A DNA stretch of 64,000 nucleotides, taken from Prorocentrum cordatum (taxonomy: Eukaryota). The stretch is from assembly GCA_963575745.1 (NCBI GenBank), contig CAUYUJ010000336.1, positions 372,001 to 436,000 on the forward strand. Reading direction: 5' to 3'. Under the pieces are notes generated by a model that made no database searches, was not told the origin of the DNA, and saw nothing but the letters and a program-made list of their open reading frames with translations. Shown one piece after another: positions 1 to 12,707 of this stretch (position 1 is the first letter of the stretch; each line of letters starts with the position of its first letter). The position numbers and the translations under genes are program-made.

Positions 1-1142
1 TTTTCTGCACGCGGACGTCGCCGTTGCATCGCCGACGTCGCGGATGCATCGGTGGTGGATCGGCGATGCGGCGCAATCCTCCGACCCCATTTACTTAGAA
101 CCCATCTGAGGGGCCTCTACGAGCGCAGGCAGTGACCCAAGCCTCTCGCGCATGGGGAAAGAACCATGCGGAGTTGTGCAGCCGATCCCCTTTTCTCGTC
201 CTTCCGCTGATCCGGGTTTGGAAGCACATGGTGGCCAGCCCAGGATCTCAATTTGCTGACCCGGGCTAGCGGCGCTGACCCCAGTTGGAACGTCCCCGAC
301 GGGGGGGGGGCGGAGGAGAAAAGCCTCGGACCCGTGGCGACTCGCAATGAACCGCTCTCGAGTTGTTTCGTCATTTTCGTCGTCGGGACCGTCATACTTC
401 CTTTGATCCAGGACGAAGAACTGGTTCCAGTGATGGGGTCGGGAGGTCCAGAGGAAGGAGGGAAACGCGGAGGAAGAAGGAGGAGGGAAGGAGGAGGATG
501 GAGGGGGGGCTGAGGACAGGCACTTGTTTTCCCAATCCTTGATGTCCTTGCCCTTTGCTGGCACTGGGACGGGTTTGGCCCCAGCCCTAGCCCAGGTGCA
601 AACTCATCAGTGCAATCTACAGTCATTGAGATATAGATATGTGTATGCCTACTGCGAAGTAGTTGCACAGAAAGAACCCCCCCTTCTCCCGTATCCGGCC
701 CGCGATCCTCGATCCTCCCCTCCCTCTTGGCCGACGAGGGCGCTGGCCGCCAGTGACGATGACGATGTCTACGCCAACAGCTCGTCCCTTCCCTCCCCGT
801 CCCCATCGAATGAAGGATGTGGAGAGGGAGGAGGACCTCTGCGCCTCAGGCAGTGCACCGTGTGTTGTTGAGTTCTGTGGTGCAACATCTCTGTGCTGCC
901 TACCACCTTCGCCGACTGGTGCAGGCAGGAGCCGCTCGCGCACGTGCATATGCTGCTGCTGCTGCCGCATGCTCTCTATCCTGTAAGTATTATTGTGAAG
1001 GCCTGACGGCCTGTGCCGCCGACCCAGAACGACGACGACGACGACCACGACCACGACGACGACGACGACCACGACGACAAAACGACAACGGCAAGCTGAT
1101 GACCCTGCCATAAGCTCGGGACATGGGGCGGGCGGTGGAGGG

Positions 1143-1515
1143 AAGAGGAGGAGGAGGAGGAGGAGGAGGAGGAGGAGGACAAGGAGGAGGAGGAGGAGGA
1201 GGAGGAGGAGGAGGAGGCAAAGGAAGCGGAGGAGGAGGAGGAGGAGGAGGAGGTGGAGGAGGTGGTAGAGGAGGAGGAGGAGGAGGAGGAGGAGGAGGAG
1301 GAGGAGGAGGAGGAGAGAAAAGCAAGGGGGAGAAGACAGTACCTTCTCTCGCTCTCTCTCTCTTTCCCCTCTCCCTTTTCAGGTCTGTCTTGAGCTGCGT
1401 GCACCCGTAGATGCGCGCTACGCTAGTGTGTCCTGCTCGGCTGGACCTCTTCATGCGATGCGAGGAGGAGGAGGAGGAGGAGGAGGAGGAGGAGGAGGAG
1501 GAGGAGGAGGAGGAG
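1143..1515. repeat. (GGA)n microsatellites
   Basis: Tracts at 1143-1315 and 1462-1515. Similar GGA/CCT tracts at 2050-2165, 7560-7750, 15755-15815, 16120-16380 and 60243-60450. Confidence 0.95.
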
Positions 1516-2658
1516 AGCCGTGTGTCTCCTCGGGGGCGGCCGTTAGGGAGGCGACGGGCTGGGGCCAGGACCAAGGCCGCGGCCGGGGCTGCGGCCGGGG
1601 CCGCGGCCGGGACGGGGGTCGGGGTCGGGGCCGAGGCCGGGGCCGGGGGGCTAAGGCCGTGGCCAGCGGAGCCAGGGGGCCAGGTCTGGGGCCGGGGCTG
1701 GGGGCCAGGGCCGCAGGGCCAGGCCGGGCCAGGACCGGGGCTGGAGCGGGGTCCAAGGCGGGGGCAGGGGTCCTGAGGGGGACCGCCACTTTTTCCGCGT
1801 CCTGCGGCTTTTCTTGGCCGCCGAACCGCCCGAGGGGGAGTCGTATCTGCCCTGCAGGACCCCCCCGGGACCCCACCCCAGGGACCCCCCCCTGGCGGGG
1901 AAGGGGTCAAAGGGATAGGGCTTCCCTTCGACTCAATTACAACGTTGCTAAACTACGAGTCGAACGAAAAAGCCTCTTCCACACGCCGACAGGGTCGGCG
2001 GACCCTTCGTAGCGTAGCGACTAGGCTTGAACCCATTTGCCGATCAACCGAGGAGCAGGAGGAGAAGGAGGAGGAAGAGGAGAAGGAGGAGGAGGAGGAA
2101 GGGGAGAAGCGAAAGGATGGATGGAGGAGGAAGAGGAGGAGGAGGAGGAGGAGGAGGTGGAGGACCTGTGCAAACCCATTACTCATCGACGATGTTGGAC
2201 TGCACCCTCCCTCCAAGATCCTTCTTCGCAGGCCACGACACGGGGTCATTTCCACAGGGAATTGCCACGTTGGGGGACAACCGTGCGAATACCTTGAAGC
2301 GTGCCAAGACACCGTTTTCAGGACTTCACACCAATTTTTGGAATCGAAAGTGCGCGAGGCGAGAGATCATCCACCCTCAATCCGTGAAGCTCTTGCCAAT
2401 GTTTAAACGAATGTGCGCGGCGCTAACGCGAGAGCCACATTTTGAAAACCACCCGCCCTCAACCCATGATACTATCACAAATGTTTAAAACGAATGTGCG
2501 CGGCGCTACGGCGAGAGCCACATTCTGAAAACCGCCCGCCCTCCATCTCTGAAGCTGCTGCCAATCCTTAAGCATCAGAGTCATCAGTGGTGAGGAAGGA
2601 CACGCGTGGAGGGCCAGGCTCCCCGTCTCTGCCCCGCCCCCCCCGCCCTGCCGACGAG

Positions 2659-2739
2659 GGCGCTGGCCGCCGCCGGCCTCGTCCTCGCCCCGGTGCTCCC
2701 CGGCCCCTGCTTGGCGGCGGGGCCGGAGGAGGGCAAGAG
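2659..2739 (+). CDS. Exon A (first visible) of spliced NTF2/SnoaL-like (DUF2358-like) gene; encodes (R)ALAAAGLVLAPVLPGPCLAAGPEEGK(R), a Tat-like signal region
   Basis: C-rich tract then AG|G acceptor at 2657-2658 and AG|GC donor at 2740. It is phase 2 at both ends and splices in frame to exon B to give GKRRGLP. This is the least conserved part of the protein, so the least certain exon. Confidence 0.6.
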
Positions 2740-3349
2740 GCCGGCCGCGGTGGGGCACGGCTGAGAGGGCGACGACGTCGACGACGACGACGACGGCGGC
2801 GACGATGACGGCGGCGACGGCGGCGGCGACGGCGACGGCGGCCCCTTTGCTTCTCAATGCACGTTCGGTTTGATAGGATTTTCCCCCCTCAGGGCATGCC
2901 CCAGCATGTGTTCATATTGGGCCCATACCGTAACACTTCATGCAGCGGGGCCACGAATCCAGAACAGCCCTTCAGAGATCCGTCCCCAGCTTTTCTCCAC
3001 GGATTTTCCTCACCTGGAGCGGTACCGACATGTGTGCGCGACCACGGCGTGCAGGCGGGGAAGCGGGCAATCATATGAACCCACCGCTGGGCATAGGCTT
3101 TGTTGCGTTTCGGGCTCGAAGAAAGTTTGTGGCACGGGTGGGAGGACGAGAGGCAGGGGGGAGGATGACGGAAGGAAGGGGCAAGGAGTGAGAACGCACA
3201 CGTGCGAGACTCCGCGAATCCGTTAATTTTTCTTGACGTTCCGCGCATCCCCACCAGCCCATCCGAAACCGACGCCCAGGCAAGCTGTGACGACAGCCGT
3301 CATCATTCGAAGGAAGAGGAGGATGGATGAGGGAGTAGGCGCGGGCCAC

Positions 3350-3956
3350 TGCGAGGCGGTGAGCCGCGCATCTCCTGCCTGAGACGGGGAAGGGTACGCG
3401 GGTCTTGTGAGCGACTCAAACTCTGCCGTGCAGTCAGCGAGCTTTGCATGCTGCAGGCGTTTGGCCAGATCGGGCGCCACTATTGCAATATCGGATGAGA
3501 ACTGAACGTTGCGTCTTACTTGGGCGAAGTGTTCCAGGACTCTGTCAAGGCAGGCCTTGTAAAGCTGGCCTACGTTTGAAGCCGCGGACCAAGCGACCGT
3601 GGACAGCGCTGACAGGCACTTGGCCAAGGCCCGAGCAGCCGCAGACAAGGAAGGCCCGGTGCGAGCGAGCCCGCGATGCTTTTCTTGGCGGCGCCAGCTA
3701 GGCGAACGCCGCATCGAAGGCGCGGGCCCAGGCCGAGGTTCCCAAGCACAGCAGTGAACTTCCGCCTTGTCTTTTTCCTGACCGAGCTATGGATTGTTGG
3801 ACAAAGGTGCGGCAGCATCGTGGTCTTGCCGCGCCGGCCCTGCCGCGCGATACTTCGGCTCGGCCGACCACGCTTCGCATCGCTGCCGAACGTGCGCGAG
3901 CTGCGGCGCGCGGCGATGCACCCCGCGCGGCGGGAGGTCCCGGCGGGGCCGTCCCG

Positions 3957-4007
<51 letters not shown>

Positions 4008-5700
4008 CTTTTTTTGGGTTTTTTTCTCTCGGCGTCTGGGCGCCCAGTCTGATCAGGTGCTGCAGGCGCTGGCGGAATGTGTTCACGCCGTTTGAGCGCT
4101 GGCTGGCATGGCCAGGAGATCGAATCTAAAGCGATATTGCACGAGCCCCGAAACCCGACGGGGGCACGAGGTTGATTGATGTTAGAAACAGTTTGCTCAG
4201 TTTTTTTGTTCGGGGGGGCGACGGCCGGTCTCGAACGAGCGGCGCGAGCATTGCCATTGCGAGGACATGTGGGGGATTCGAGCTGGACATGCTCAGACAG
4301 ACTCGGCCTTCCATCGGGGCCCCCGGCAGGAGGTGGCCCGACTGCGCGGAGAGCGCCGCGCTAGACGCGGCGGAATGGTCCGAAACTGCAGACCCCCATG
4401 CTCTCGCGCGCGACGGGCGTGCTCTGGGATTTCCCACGCGTCTCCTGGAATGCCCCGGCGCGCCAACTCCCCGGGCGCGTCTGAGCTCTTTTGCGGGCGC
4501 CCAGTGGCGCCGCTGCTCGACGAGGGGCTTTTTGGCCGCGCTCGCGCGGCCCACCTGCTGCGCCTGCTCGCGCTCAGCGCTTTGTCGAGCGCTGACCCGG
4601 CGTCGCCGACGGATGCGCCTCGGACCCTCATGGGCGAACTGGCTTAAGAGCATCGCCTGGATTTCGCGGGGCTTCAAATGCCCGCCCATCGCCGTCAAGG
4701 GCTTCGTCCAGGACAACGAGGGGCTCGGCGTGACCCACGAGGTCTCCGAGTCGGGCGGGGCCCCTGGAAAACGCGACTGAGGGGGCGCTCTCCAGGGGCG
4801 CGCGGGTTTGCCCGGGAACCCTGCAAGGCCCGCCTGAGAAATGTAGGCAACGAGCTCCTGGGACCCCGCGCGATCCGAACAATGGCGAGAAGAAGAGCCC
4901 CGCGTAATTTCCAGCACGGCGGCGCGGCCGTTGGACGGCGAGCGTCGCCCCCGTCGAGCATCTGCGCGCCCCCGTCGGTCGGCCGCGGGGCCGCCGCCGC
5001 CGTCGCGACCAGCGCTGTCTCGAGGGGGCAGCGTCTGATCGCGGCGACGGGCAGGGCCCCGGGCAGGTCTTCCACGAATGTCTTCAGCCAATCCAATGAT
5101 ATGTATGACCCCACTCATTATGCTTCTCTACTGGCGGCCCTTCGAAAGCGCCGAACGGATCTGGGACTCCAAGATTCAGCCTTCCAGGCCGCGCCGCGCC
5201 CGGGGGCGCATGCAGGCCGAGTTCGGGGGCGAGCCCACTTGGGCGAAGGCAAGGGACCTCTGGGAACTGTATGGCCCCCTCTTCGGGGGTCGCTTGGAAG
5301 CTCGGCCCTGGCCGCGCTGTCATGGGCGGTTTATCCAGCGCGCGCGACCTCCCTCGCGCCTGCCCCGGGGGCGTCAAAAAGTCGCTGGTCGGTGGCGCTC
5401 GGCCGCGGCAGCGCGACAGATGTTTAGGCCGCTTCTCCACGGTCACGCCTGCCTCGGCCCGGCCCGTCCGCGCGCAGCCCAAGTCGGCCGCGCGCGTCGA
5501 GATCGCGCCGTTCTGGCGCGCCCCGCGGGCAGATGGCATTTATGCCCCTGCGCGCTCTGCTCAGAAGGCCAGAGGCCCTTCGCGCCCTTGCCGGGCGCGC
5601 GGCAAGGAGAGCGATCATGGCTGAGGCCGCATTCTGCACGGCTGCCCGCCGCTGCTAGAAGGGCGGCTCGACGACGAGAGCAAACCCCCACCCTGGGAAC
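3350..5700 (-). pseudogene. Decayed coding-like element, possibly a KDZ/CxC-associated transposase
   Basis: Non-repetitive protein-like fragments in collinear order on the minus strand: SLAF..LEG, MLDGGDARR, SAALSAQSGHLL..MEGRVCLS, LDSISWP. They loosely recall CxC5/CxC6-KDZ motifs. Frameshifted and interrupted by a poly-T at about 3958-4016. Assignment is from memory only. Confidence 0.3.
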
Positions 5701-7289
5701 TAAACTGAAGTTCGGGAACGGCTAGTCCGCGCCGGGGAGGGCTTCGGTCGACGATCCCGGGAACAAGCTTACCTCGTCCACGGGGCCCCCGAGCCCCCTG
5801 CAGGCGTTAGCGATAGACAGGCCAGGTCTGACGTCTGCAAGCGGGAGCGCGCGGATGGGGGAGGGAGGGGGGGGGGGGCAACAGTTGCGCGGACGGCGCA
5901 GGTTCCACGTCAGTTACTGCCTTAAGCCGGGAGACCTGGGCAGAGCGTCTGCAACGTGGGCTCTGGGCGATCTGCGGCCCAGTGTCGTATCTGGTTCAGA
6001 TTGTAGGCCGCGCTGAAAGATATGCCATCGAGATGGGCATGGGTGTCCATCGGGATCGCGGCGCGTCCGCCTCGGACTTGCCCCCCCGGCCCAGGAGCGG
6101 TCTACGCGGAAAGAGCCTCTCCAACATTGCCGCGCGAAGCGCGCGCGAGCATGGCGAGGCATCTTCTCCGCGGCTCGCCATCATTCGGTGGCCGCCCTAT
6201 TGTTCAGCGCGCGCCTTGGGTGCGATCTAGCTTCGAGAGCTAATCAGCCAGGTCCAATAGTATCCCGAAGCTTTGGCATGCTGATTTAGGTATGGCCTGA
6301 ACTTTGATTTCTGATTCGGCATCCGAGTTGCGTCAGTGTTCCAGGTCAGAGCTAAATCCGAGTTTCATCTAAACCAGGGATGAACCAGAGTTTCAGGCCA
6401 GAGACAAAACAGAGTCGAATCATAGTACCATCGGAGTTGTGGCAGTTCGGGGCGGAGGGCGCGGGGCACGCTGCGCAAGTGCGATTGTTCCAACGAGCGA
6501 AGGGGGCGCGAAAAGAATGGTATTCCCTTTGGAATCCATGGGATTCCTTTTTTTGGGATTCTATTAGCAACCCGTAGGACATCCATGGGATTCCGTCGAA
6601 CATCCATAAGATTCCTCCGGGAATCCATAGGGTTCCAAAGGGAACCCACAGGGGCCCTTAGGAAATCGATCGGTTACCTCAGGACAATAATTTTCACGCC
6701 ATGAAAGAATCACGACGGGATGCGCTTCGCTCTTTTCGGCTACGGGGGCCACCCTGCCAGGTTGCGGGGCCGTCAGGAAATGATTCGGGATGGCGAGCCA
6801 GCCCCGGGGAATGGGTCGAGACCTCTGGGAGCCGACGCCATGAAAACATCATGAAGTCGGGGTCCGGGAGTCGCTGGAGCGCTGGATCCGCGCGCGCGCG
6901 GCACAAGGCGCGCTCGCGCAGCGATGCGCTTTCCCCTTTCCACGGGGGCGGCGTGGGGGCGGGGGCGAGGAGCGATTTTGCTCTCGGACGCGGCCGAGGC
7001 ACGGCGGGGGCCGGGGCGCGAGCATCGCACGGCGCGCGCAGGAGCACCCCACCCCCCAACAATCCCGTTGAGGGGGGGGATGCGCGCGCATTCCAACAAG
7101 AAACACTCTCTCTCTCTCTCTCTCTTTCTCCCTCTCTTCGCCGCTGTCTCTCCCAGCCTAGCCGCAACCCTCCTCTGCGCTTCCTCCGTGCCGTGGGCCC
7201 CGGGGCAGGGATTGCGCCCCGTGCCCCCCCCCCCCCCGGAAAATGCACCACCGCGCTTCTCTTTCCCATCCTGTCTCTCCCCTCGTCGC

Positions 7290-9400
7290 TCCCCCCCCGC
7301 GCCGGGCGCAATTTCTCGATTCTCGGCCCGGCCCTCGGCCCCTCCGCCCTCGTTTTCGCCTTCGCCCCCGCCCTCGTTCCCATCTTCGCGCTCGCCCCCG
7401 CCCTCGTCCCCGCCATTTTTCTTGCCATTGTTTTTGCCCTCGTTCACGCCCTCGCCTCTGCCCTCGCTTCCGCCTCCGCCCTCGCCCCCCCCCCCCCGCC
7501 CAGGGCGCGATTGTTTGCCCCGGGGCGCCGGACCCTGGGCGCGAGAGGAGGGGGTGGAAGAGGGGGGGGAGGACGAGGAGGAAAAAAAAGAGGAGGATGA
7601 GAGGGGCAGGAAGAGGAGGGAGGAGGAGCAGGAGGAGGAGGAGGAGGACGAGGAACGAGGAACGAGGAACGAGGAACGAGGAACGAGGAACGAGGAACGA
7701 GGAACGAGGAACGAGGAGGAGGAGGAGGAGGTGGTGGAGGAGGGGGAGGAGGAACAACGGCGCCGAGGAGGACCAGGAGGAGGGCCCCTCCGCAGGAACG
7801 GGGGGAGAGGGAGAGGCGCCCCCACTCTCGTTCCTCTTCCCCCATCCCCCCCCTCCTCTTCAGTTCGTCTCCTTCCTCCTTCCCTTGCCCCCCCTCTCCC
7901 TTATGCACCAACCCCCCTCCTTCTCCTCTCCCCCCTCAACCCCCCCAATCCTTTTTCCTCCTTCATCGGTCTCCGTCGCCCTCCACGTGCTGCCGCCCGT
8001 CGGCCTTCGGCCCCGATCCCCACTTTCGCCCTCCCATCCCCCCCCCCCCCTCGTCCTCGCCCCCCCCCCTCCTCCGCGTCGAGCGTCAGTCTTCGTTATT
8101 CGGCCTCGGCGCCCCACCCTCGTTTTCGCCCTCCCCCCCCCCCTCGCCCCAGACCCCGCGCGCGGCCTCGTTTCCGCCCTCGCCCCCGCGCCCGCCTTCG
8201 CCCCCGCCCGAGGCGATTTTCACTGCAGCCCTCTTTCTCGCCCTCGCCTTCGCCTTCGTCGTCGCCTGCGCCCCCGCCCTCGCTCTTGCCCGGAAGCGCT
8301 TACGAAGCCGCACGCCCTCGCTCCCGCCGTCGCCGTCGCTCCCCGCCCTCGTTCCCGCCGTCGCTCCCGCCCTCGTGTTTGCTCTCGTTCCCGCCGTCGC
8401 TCCCGCCCTCGTTACCGCCGTCGTTCCCGCCCTCGTTTTCGCCCTCGTTCTCGTCCTCTTTCCTGCCTTCGTTCCCGCCCTCGTTCTCGCCTTCGCGCCC
8501 CATTCGTGCTCGCCTTCGTTCCGGGGCCGCCCGGAGGCCGCCCGGGGGGCCCAAGGGCCGCCCGGGGAAATCATAATTGAAGCAAAGGTTCGGCAAGACC
8601 TCGAACAGACCTCAAACAGACCATCATAAGCAGACCTCAAACGGACCTTTCAAACAGACCTCAAACAGACTTCCCGGAGGCACCCCCCCGAGGTGCAGAG
8701 GTTGCCCGGAGGCGCCCGGGGGATTCCCAGAAACGCCCGGAGGTTCCAGAGGCGCCCGGGGGATTCCCAGAAACGCCCGGAGGTTCCACAGGCGCCCGAA
8801 GGAATCCCGGAGGCGCCCAGAGGCGGCCCCCCGCCCTCATCCCCGCCCTTGCTCCCGCCTGCGTTCCCGCCCTCGATCCCGCCTTCGTTCCCGCCCTCGT
8901 TCCCGCCTTCGTTCCCGCCCTCGTTCCCGCGTGCGTTCCCGCCCTCGTTCCCGCCCTCGTTCTCGTCTTCCTTCCCGCCCTCGTTCCCGCCCCAGTTCCC
9001 GCCCTCGTTCCTGCCCTCGTTCCCGCCTTCGTCCTCGCCCTCGTTCTCGCCCTCGCCCCTGCCTTCACCCCCGCCTTCGTTGCCGCCCTCGTTCCCGCCC
9101 TCGTTCCCGCCGTCGTTCTCGCCTTGGCGTTCGCCCTCGTTCTCGCGCCCCCGCCTTCGTTTCGGCCCCAGTTCCTGCCCTCGCTTCCGCCTTCGTTCTC
9201 GCGATCGTTCTTGCCCTCGCCTCTTGTGCCCGCCTTTGTTCTCGCCTTCGTTCTGGCCCTCTGTTTGGCCCTCGTTCCCGCCCTCGTTCCTCTCCTTCTC
9301 GCTCCCGCTCAGGGCCCTCTCGCTCGGTCCTCCGAACTCGCCCCCGCCCTCGTGCCCGCCCTCGCCCCCGCCGCCCTTCCCCTCTCATCCGTCCGCCGTC
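7290..9400. repeat. C-rich 6/12-mer minisatellites (CCCTCGTTCCCG)n plus (GAGGAAC)n at about 7650-7712
   Basis: Direct reading. Confidence 0.85.
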
Positions 9401-11789
9401 CGCCTCATTCTCCCCCCCCCCCCGCTTCGTTCGAACCGTAGACGCGCGCGCGCGCACCTCGCGCTCAAACGCCCAGACTGCCGAAGAATGCATCCAAAAC
9501 GGCCGCGGCCCCCCCCCGCAATGGCCCAAAGCTGCCTCCATGCCCTCAGCGGCCCCAGGACCGCATCAAAACTTCTCAGCCAGACCCCCTCAAACAAATA
9601 GAATTGCCAAATAATTCCGACGAGCAGCGCCGCGCGCGCTCCATATGTTCTCCTGCGTTTTCGCGCCCTCGCCCGCTCCATCGCCGCAGGGCGGCCAGCG
9701 AGGGCTTCTGAACAATTCAGGATTGCTTCAAGATTCCCCCGAAACAGCACCGAGGCACTTGACCGCCCGACGGGCCCCCCTCACATGGCCCAAGAAAGCC
9801 GCCCGAGGGCCCTGGAGAGCGCCGGGGCGTTTCCGAGACTGCGGCCCAGATGCGCCCACTCAGGCGGCCCTCGAACGCGCAGGGTGGCCCGACAGCCCCG
9901 CGGCGCCAGACGGCCCAAGACAACCCCGGCGCGGCCCAGAAGAACACCAAAGGTTCCCGTAAAAGCCCGCCGAAGCCGTTCCACAGCCAGCGGCGCCCGC
10001 GATGGCGCGGAAGCGGCCCCCAAGCCGCGGCCCTCTGCTCCGGTGAAATCGCGCCCGGCCCATTCGCACCCCGCCGGAGCTCTGGATATCTAAATCTACC
10101 AGGGCCCCGCGCCTCTTCCAACGCCGATGACCCCCCCCCGCCCCGACCTCCCCAGGCCGGCGCGGGGCCACGCGACGCGCTTTCTTGTTTCGGGCGGTTC
10201 CCCGGCCGCGACCCCCCCGCCGACGACGCAACAATGGGGGGGGTCAAAACGTGCCTGAGCAAGCGGAGGTGCCAAAGCAATGTCGGGCACAACCAGCCCG
10301 CGTACAACGCGAGCCGATTTTGACACATTTTCGCCCCCCGGCCCTAACAGCTTGGAAATTCGCTCCCGAATGCACCCGAAGGAGCTCCCGCTGCGGCCCA
10401 AAACTCCGACACCTTCCGCGCCCCTCCAAAGCCTTCCACTACCTCCGGAAACCCTTTTCCGGTGCCGTCCAGCAACTTCCGGGAAGTTCCCAAGCCAAAC
10501 CCCCCATGGGCCCCCGTGCACCTTCGAAACCCTGCCAGGCTGTCGACATTCTTCTGGAACTCTGAGCAATCCTTCCCAGCCATTCGCATTCCCCCTAACC
10601 TCCGGAACACCTTCCCGGGCCCTCGAAAACCACCCGAGTCCCTCTCGGGCCCCCCCTATTCCCCGAGGCCATTCAGAAACCTCCCAGGGCACTTCCCGCG
10701 CCCCCGAACCTTCCGAAAAGAGCGGCGTTACTCTTCTGCGCTGCCTGCCCCCGACCTGTCCCGGGCGAGCGGTGGGGATTAGGGCGGTTGCCACGCTGCG
10801 CGCCCTTGCGAGGCGCGGCGGCCGGCAGCCCGCCTCGGGCGAACCCTTTTTCATCCCAGCTGCCGTGGTGCAGTTCTGGGCAGGGCCCCGCAGGCGGGGG
10901 GCGCTGCCACGCGCCCCCCGCTTAGGCCTCAGCCAGAGCGTTGCCGCAGAGCGGCGTGCGCAGGCGGGCCTGGCTCGCAGTATTTGGCAGCTGGCGGCTG
11001 GGCCCCCAGCCATGACCTGCCGCTTGGCTCACGCATTCCTTTTGTTGCTCTTGAAAGCGCACTGGCACTGGCGCGGGGCCAGACTCACTTCTTGGCTCGG
11101 CCAGAGAAGACCCGTACTGGTTCTCTGATGGGCTTTGTTTAGCCCAGCATTCTCGGGTGGCGGTTTTCTCGAGGCCCGCCCCCTCTTGGTGCCAGTTTTC
11201 GCTGCCGCCGCTGCGGCTCTCAGGTTTTGTTGCTTTCGCGGTGCGTTCGTTTTCCCACGCACTCTTGGTTGTCCTGCGCTGCCGGGTCCTCCTGTTCCTC
11301 CCACCCCTTCCATTCCAGTTCTGGCTGGTGCTGTTGATCTCGCCCCGGCGCGGGTCAGTTGTCTGAATCCGAGTTGTTTTCATCGTTGTTGCCCCCCCTT
11401 TCCCCTCCTACAACCTTCCCCTCGCCCCCCTGTCCCGCCCGATCAGTCCGCTTTAGTTCCTGCCGTTGCTGTTCGCCCAAAGAAAAAACAAAGATTGCGC
11501 ACAACACTAAGTGGTCTTTCTGTGCGACCTGCAGGTCTGCTATGACACGCGTCCGCGGAGAGAGAAATCAGTGCCATGGGCATGGGCGGGAGGGAAGGAT
11601 CGGATATTGGATGAGACGCGAACGCCCCCAGCTTGCCCTTTTCCCCCGCTCCATCTACAATTCAACAGTGTGAATGTTACTCTCCTCTCTCCCCTGGCCG
11701 CGCCCGGGAAATATTCGGTTCCCTTCCGCGCATTTGTTTTTTTGTTTACGCAAGATTCCCGGGAAACAGGTTTTCGCTTGGGTGTTTAT

Positions 11790-12415
11790 TCAAAATGCTG
11801 TTCTCGCTGAAGCGTTGGCTTCACTTTCGGGCTACCGCTCGTTCCGAATCGCCCTCCCACTGCAGCGTTGGCCTCATTTCCGCTCGTTCCGAATCGCGTG
11901 CCCGCCGTTGCGCTGGCCTCATTATTTCCAGCGCCATGCCACGACATGGTTTCCGGTCCTTCCAAATAACCTCAAAGTCTAAACAGTGCCCCCCCCCCCC
12001 CCGAAAAAACCATCGGAAGTGATTACACCTTCGGTGCCGATTCGTTGATTTCTTTGGCCGCAGAAGCCAGCCACTTTGGGGCGTCGTCACGCCATGCTTG
12101 TCAGGCTGCGCGTCTTCATTTCCGCGCTTCCGCGCTGGAGCTGTTGTTCAAAATGCTGCTCTCGCTGAAGCGCTGGCATCATGATCGGGCTACCGCTCGT
12201 TCCGAATCGCGCTCCCGCTGCAGCGCTGGCCTCATTTCCGCGCTTCCGTTCATTCCAGAGCGCGTTCCCGCTGCAGCCGTGGCGTCATTATTTCTATTGC
12301 CATGCCACGGCATGTTTTTCGTTCCGTCCACATAGGTTCCAAAATCTAGAAAGTGCCCCCCTCCCGAAACACACATCGCAAGTGATTACACCCTCGGTGT
12401 CGATTCGTTGATTTG
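11790..12415 (+). repeat. Diverged ~265-bp direct duplication
   Basis: TTCAAAATGCTG..CGCTGAAGCG..AAGTGATTACACC..GATTCGTTGATTT at about 11790-12050 and 12147-12414. Confidence 0.8.
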
Positions 12416-12650
12416 CTGGGCCAGAAGCCACACCATGCTATGTCATGCTACGCTCTGACCTTCAACGCCATGCTACGCCATGTAATGCCATGCCATGCTG
12501 CGGCATCCGATAGTGCGAATAGAGAGGCGACATACGCCATGGTAAGGGATGGGAGGGAGGGGTAGGACATCATATATGACGCGAGCGCACCTATGTAGTT
12601 TGCCCTCCCCCCCTCCCCCCCTCCCTCGACGCCGGCGGCTCCGCCTGGAG

Positions 12651-12707
12651 GCGCGGCCTGCCCGCCGACGAGCTCGCGGCGATCGTCCGGGAGGACCTGG
12701 TGAAGAG
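12651..12707 (+). CDS. Exon B: RGLPADELAAIVREDLVK(R)
   Basis: Pyrimidine tract at 12601-12627, AG|G acceptor, AG|GC donor at 12708, GC3-rich codons, phase-compatible with exon C. Confidence 0.85.

Noticed and set aside
1381..1465. Candidate upstream exon of the NTF2-like gene
   Set aside because: Follows a pyrimidine tract and AG, but gives no convincing peptide or phase-supported join to exon A.
3958..4016. Poly-T as a retrogene tail
   Set aside because: No TSD or adjacent recognisable mRNA; it may be a homopolymer expansion or sequencing artefact.
6694..9614. Pro/Ser/Arg-rich ORFs of 240-550 aa
   Set aside because: Low-complexity minisatellites with no domain or splice support.
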